The notes below the pieces were generated by a model. The model had not been told where the DNA came from, did not search any database, and saw nothing but the letters and a program-made list of their open reading frames with translations. 64,000 bases of DNA from Rebecca billardiae RCC1528 (taxonomy: Eukaryota > Protista > Haptophyta). The DNA lies in contig OZ251222.1 in assembly GCA_965240325.2 (NCBI GenBank), forward strand, positions 4,774,001 through 4,838,000, given 5' to 3'. Position numbers and translations under genes: made by a program. Below are positions 58,891 through 64,000 of the stretch, piece by piece. The first letter of the stretch is position 1; every line of letters begins with the position of its first letter.

Positions 58891-59809
58891 TCACACGCGG
58901 CGCACATCCGCGTCGCGCGCGCCGCCGGCGCGCGCGGCCACGGCGGCCTCGCGCGCGCGCGCGCGCTTCTGCAGCGCGCGCACGAGGTTCCAGTCCGTGC
59001 GCGCGTCGGGCAGCGCGCCGCCGCCCGCGCCGTCCGCGCACGGCCACGCGCGCCGCGCGTGCGCGGGCAGCTCGAGCGCGACGCACAGCGCCGCGCCGAG
59101 CAGCAGCCACGGGAACCATGAGAGGTAGATGTCGCCGAGCAGCGGGACCGCCTCGATCTGGCGATGCACCTGCCAGTACGCCAGCCGCGCCGCGTCCTCC
59201 CGGCCGAGCAGCAGCGTGAAGTTGTAGCAGATCGGGTTGACGAGGCCGAGCACGTACGTGTTGAGCACGGCGCACGACTGCACCTCCGAGTTGCGCTGCC
59301 AGCGCGGGCGGTAGAGCTGGTACGCGTGGAGCCGCGCGCGGAAGAGCGACCAGACGCACACGCCCGCCGCGAAGCCGAGCCACAGCACGCACAGCAGCAG
59401 CACGCCGTGCCCGCGCGGGTCGGCGCCTTGCACGCTCAGCGCGACCAGCGAGAGCTGGGCGGCGCCGCCGAGCGCGCTGCTGGCGAGGCCGGCGACCTGC
59501 GACCAGAGGAAGAGCGCGGAGAGCAGCGCGAGGAGCAGCGCCACGCCGTTGCGCGCGCGCGCGCGCCGCGCCGCGCGCGCGCCGCCCAGCTCGCGCAGCG
59601 CCTCCGTCGCCGCCTCCTCCGCCAGCGCGTCCTCCTCCGCCTCCGCGCACCGCCGCTGCGCGCACGCGAGCGCCTCGCGCAGCGCGGAGAGCCGCGCGTG
59701 CGTGCGCGCGCGCTGGCGGCGCACGTCGCGCTGCGGGTGGTCGAGCAGCGCGCGCTCGATCAGCGCGTCCTCGCGCGCGTCGCACAGCCCGGCGCACACG
59801 CCCGCCACC

Positions 59810-59847
<38 letters not shown>

Positions 59848-61362
59848 GTACTGCGCGCGCTCGGCCGCGGCGCGCGCGCCGAGCACGCGCGCCGCCTGCG
59901 CGCCGAGTGAGCCGTGCCCGCCGTCCGAGGCGGCGGCGCGCAGCTCGCGCGGCGCGCGGCCCGACGCGGCGAGGTGCAGCGCCGCCTCGGGCGCGGCCGC
60001 GTCGCACAGCGCCTCGATCACCGGGACGAAAGGGTCGGACGCGCCCAGCTCGGCGCCGAGCGCGCGCATGCGCGCCACGACCGCGGCCGCGCGCTCGGCG
60101 GCGGCGCGCGCGTCCCGCTCGAGCGTGCGCGCGCGCCGCGAGGCCTCGATGCGCCTCGCGGCGGCGTGCGCGCGGCCGCGCGCCTCGACCCACGCGCGCG
60201 GCACGCCCACCAGCCCGTGGGCCAGGCACGCCGTGTGCAGCGCCATGTACAGCGCCATCAGCCCCGCCTGGAGCACCGCCGCACCCATCGACGCAAACAC
60301 GGACGCTGAGTCGGAGTCGGAGCCGTAGCCGGAGCCGCCGCCGCCGTCGCGCGGGCGCACGGCGGCGGCCCAGTACGCGACGAGCGCGGCGGCGCACGCG
60401 GCGGCGAGCGCGCCCCACCGCGCGTAGTACGCCGCCGTCGCGCGCACCCGCGTCCGCACCGTCAGCCGGCCCGAGCCGAGGTAGGTGACGAGGGCGTGCG
60501 TGCAGCCGCACAGCACGGACGTGAGGGCGCTCAGCGGGCGCCACACGAGCGCCAGCCGGCCGCGCTCGAGGCCGCGGAGGCCGGCGGGCGGCGGCGCGGC
60601 GCGCGGCGCGGCGCCGGCGTCCTTGGCCGCCTCGAGCGCGGCGAGCGCCGCGTCGACCGCGAGCACCGCGAGCAGCGACGCCGCCAGCGCCAGCCCGAGC
60701 CACACCAGCGGCCCGAGCAGCCGGTGCGCGGCAGCGCTCGGGGGCGGCAGCACGCGCCACGTGGCGCACGCGGCGCAGAGCGCGGCGAGCGTGAGGAGGA
60801 GGACCAGGAGCCACGGCCCGCCCGCCGCGCCGCTCGCCGCCACCGCGCCCAGCGCCGCGAGCGCCAGCGCCGCCGACGGGCCGCGCGGCGGGTGGCCCAC
60901 CTCCGCCGCGCCCACGCCGCGCGCCGCGCCGCGCGCCGCGCTGCTCGCGGCCGCGTGCGCACTGCGGCCCGTCGCACCCGCGGCGCGCGCGGCGCTGTCG
61001 GCGAGGCGCTCGGCGAGCGAGGCGGCTGGCGGCGGCGGCGGCGGCGGCGGCGGCAGCGGAGGCCTCGGGCGCACGCCCAGCTCGACGGCGCGCGCCTCGA
61101 GCGCGCGCGCGCCCGCCTCCGCCTCCGCCTCCGCCTCCGCCGTGTCGGCGGTGCGCGCGCCCTGAGCGCCCTGAGCGCCCTGAGCGCCCTGAGCGCCCTG
61201 AGGGCCCTCTGACGAGCGCACCGCCCCGCGCGGCACCTCGACGCCCTCGGCGGCGAGCTCGCGCAGCATGGCCGCGGCGAACGTGTCGGGCGGCGCCGGC
61301 GCCGGCGGCAGCGCGCCCCCCGCCCGCTGCGCGCGCGCGCCCGCCTCCGCGCCGCCGCCGCC

Positions 61363-61406
<44 letters not shown>

Positions 61407-61929
61407 GCGTGCTCGGCGCGCCGCTGGCGTCGCTCGCGCTGTCGGACGCGTCGTCGGCGTCGGCGGTCGCGCGGGGCGGCGGCGGTGCGCCGCCGCGCGC
61501 CGAGGCGTCCCTCAGCGCTGCGAGCCATCGCTGCCGCGCCTCGCCGTCCGCGCAGCGCAGCGCAAGCGCGCGGCCGTCGGTCGCGCGCACGCCGAAGCGG
61601 CCGTCCGCGCGTGCGGCGCGCTCGTCGACGCGCGCGCCGTCGAGGACGAGCACGTCGACGGGCGCCTCCCCGCGCGCGCGCGCCTCGGCGGAGTCGAACG
61701 CCTCGAGCGTCGGCGGCACGAGCGCGCTGCCCGCGCGCAGCACGCACAGCCGCCGGCGCCACTCGCGGTGCGCGCTCGGCGCCGCGCCGGGCGGGCGCGG
61801 CAGCTGCAGCTCGAGAGCGCCGACGAGGAGCGGGGGGCCGCCGCCGCCGCCCGAGGCGCGCTCGTCCTCGGAGAGCTGCGAGCGACGCCGGTCGATCAGC
61901 AGCGCGAACTCTGACGACGCCGAGCTCAT
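58891..61929 (-). CDS. PH-domain / LMBR1-like membrane protein fusion
   Basis: N-terminal PH-like WRRRLCVL...LRCADGEARQRWLAAL. LMBR1/LMBRD2-like YLGSGRLT, HGLVGVPRAW and PICYNF, with multiple TMs. Confidence 0.7.
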
Positions 61930-62223
61930 TGCCTGCCGCCGGAACGGCCGGCGCGGGCGCGGGCGCAGGCCGTGCTGCCACACGCGCGACGGCCTTGGCG
62001 GCCGCCCTGCTGGAGAGCTGTGGAGTTCAGAGTCTGGCGGAGCGCTGCACAGCGGCAGCCGGACTGGAGTACTGGACAAGTTCAAAGTCCGGCGTCGCCC
62101 GGACGCACGCATCCTCAGACTCGCCACGTGATGCACGCCCAGATGCGCTCTCGATCGGCAATTGAGCGCGTCTAATTTGCCGACCCCAGCCGGAAGCTTG
62201 TCGCTCCTCGCCGCCGCATCACG

Positions 62224-63007
62224 ATGCTTGTCCAGTTCGCGCTCACGGCGATGCTCGCCTTCAGTGGCCCGGCGGTCCGCGCACCGGGCGCGTCGTCGGT
62301 GAAGATGGCGACGGGTGACAAGTCGCAGGCCCTCCCGTGGGCGCCGCGGCCGGTCAACCTGGACGGCACGCTCGCCGGCGACGTTGGCTTTGATCCGCTG
62401 GGCTTCTCGTCGAAGAGCGTGGAGGACCTCTACCGCTACCGCGAGGCGGAGCTCAAGCACGGCCGCGTGTGCATGCTCGCGGTGACGGGCATGCTCACCC
62501 AGGAGCTGTACTCGTGGCCCGCGCCCGACGGCGTCTTCAAGGCGCCGACGCCGCTCGGCGCGCTCGCGACTGTGCCGGCGTTTGGGTGGATTCAGATCAT
62601 CGCGGCGATTGGCTTTCTCGAGGTGGCGGCGGCAAAGTACCAGGAGGCGCGCGTGCCGGGCGACTACGGCTTCGACCCGGTTGGGCTGTCGAAGGACGGC
62701 ATCAACCCGTGGTACGCGCAGGCCGAGCTCGAGCACGGCCGCCTCGCGATGTGGGCGACCGCCGCGTTCCTCGTGCAGTCGTCGATCACCAACGAGCCCG
62801 TGCTCAAGACGACGCTCGACTGGGTGGCGTCGATCCCGGGCAACTCGCTGTGCGCGCGCGCGCGACGCGCGCCGGATCCGCCGCGCGCCACGCCGCCGCG
62901 CGCCACCCCTGCGCACCCTCGCGCCTGGCCCGCGCTCGGCCCGCTCACCGGTGCCGCGCTCGCCTCGCCCGCCGCCCCTCGGCTGCGCGCTGGGCAGGTC
63001 CGCCTAA
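62224..63007 (+). CDS. Chlorophyll a/c light-harvesting complex protein (Lhcr-like; intron 62850-62997)
   Basis: Signal peptide plus transit, [30 protein letters not shown] and [10 protein letters not shown]. Confidence 0.95.
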
Positions 63008-64000
63008 ATCGGACGCGGAGTCACGCATGTCGACGCGTATGCGCGTCGCGTGTGAGGCTTGCTCCACCTCCACTCGGACTGCCACGCCTGGTGGGGCGAC
63101 TGCGAGCGGGCACGGGCCTCTTGAGTGCGCTTGTGCCCGCGAATGATGCTGACGACACGACGACTGCGAGTGCCCCGAGGCACTCGACTGTCTCCTGACT
63201 GCGACGCGATGATCTATTTAGCATATCGACGGCATCATCGACCGTAAAGCTTGGCGAGAAGCCGCCGTGTCGTCTCGGACAGCGCTAATAGCGCGTGACA
63301 CTTACAGGTACGGTGCCGATACTGATTCGGTGACGATCGGTATGGCTATACTATTTATTATTATTATAAATAATAATAATATTAATTACTAATTTTATGT
63401 CTACAGCTTGATGACCCGGTTGCCGAACCGCCGTCCCGAGGGCCGCACTGCGCGTCTGCGGTCGTACCGCAGGCTGTATACTGCTGCTGGCGCCGGTCTC
63501 ACGTCAGACTCGTCATGTCATACTCATTCTATGATTTAACGACACAGGTCCAGACAGGTAGGACGACGCGGGTCTCCTGATTCGTCGGCGGCAGTGCCCG
63601 ATCGTCGACACGAAGTCGGCGTTGGTGGCAGAGCATAGCCTGCACCGCGATCGTAAAGCTTGAGCGCGGCCTTGAGCTGCTGGAGCGCGATCCACCTGCG
63701 CTGCGCGGCTCGCATGGCCCTGCTGTGCCCCGAGCGAGGGCGATGGTGCAGGTCCGGATGTCAGCTGGCAGTCTCAGCCGCTGGTAGCAGCTGGTCGAGC
63801 CTGCCCCGTGCTCCCCGAGCGGTCGCGTACGCGCCTGCCGCTCGAGCCAGCTGGCTGGCTGGCGGCGGCTGGCGCTGCGGCGTCGTCCAGGGTGCGCTTC
63901 GTCCGCTGCTGAGGCAGCTCCTCGTCGTGCAAGTCGTCGCCCGGGGGCGAGTCTCGGTCCTCGTGGAGCGGGGCAGCAGGGACTGGCGTGGGTGCAGCGG

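Noticed and set aside
61930-62916. N-terminal extension of the 1341-aa minus-strand ORF
   Set aside because: It is antisense to the LHC gene; the likely start is the ATG at 61929.
62850-63198. Long C-terminal extension of LHC
   Set aside because: Read-through of a GT-AG intron; splicing gives a stop at 63005-63007.
1-64000. Hundreds of overlapping Arg/Ala/Pro-rich ORFs
   Set aside because: Expected from stop-codon scarcity at very high GC; they have no domain motifs.

Overview
This is very GC-rich eukaryotic nuclear DNA with compact genes and short GT-AG introns, usually with GTGCG donors and GCAG acceptors. A signal-peptide-bearing chlorophyll a/c LHC gene suggests an alga with a secondary red plastid; a Pavlovales-like haptophyte is plausible but inferred. 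About 21 protein genes are supported: SmD1, a CHASE-sensor hybrid histidine kinase, a TPT/NST transporter, DUF3431, an 8-TM microbial-rhodopsin–PAS–His kinase–receiver fusion, a ~5,100-aa LRR/(Ser-Pro3-4)n/IPT/REJ/GAIN/EF-hand surface receptor, MazG, DENND11-like, a fucosyltransferase-like protein, TPR, PDZ-C2, a heme-thiolate-peroxidase-like protein, CCR4, a Cys-rich membrane protein, DnaJ, a Zn-ribbon protein, ankyrin, a sulfotransferase, an AGC kinase, PH-LMBR1 and LHC. Mobile DNA includes a 738-bp TG..CA element with palindromic ends and a tRNA-like promoter. It also includes a 5.8-kb CACAG-terminated transposon-like element carrying a 393-bp inverted repeat, an orphan ORF and a nested hAT MITE. 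The most notable candidate system is the rhodopsin-fused hybrid histidine kinase (9414-12879). It retains the Schiff-base Lys, has an atypical helix C and no cyclase output, and lies ~5 kb from a second hybrid kinase.
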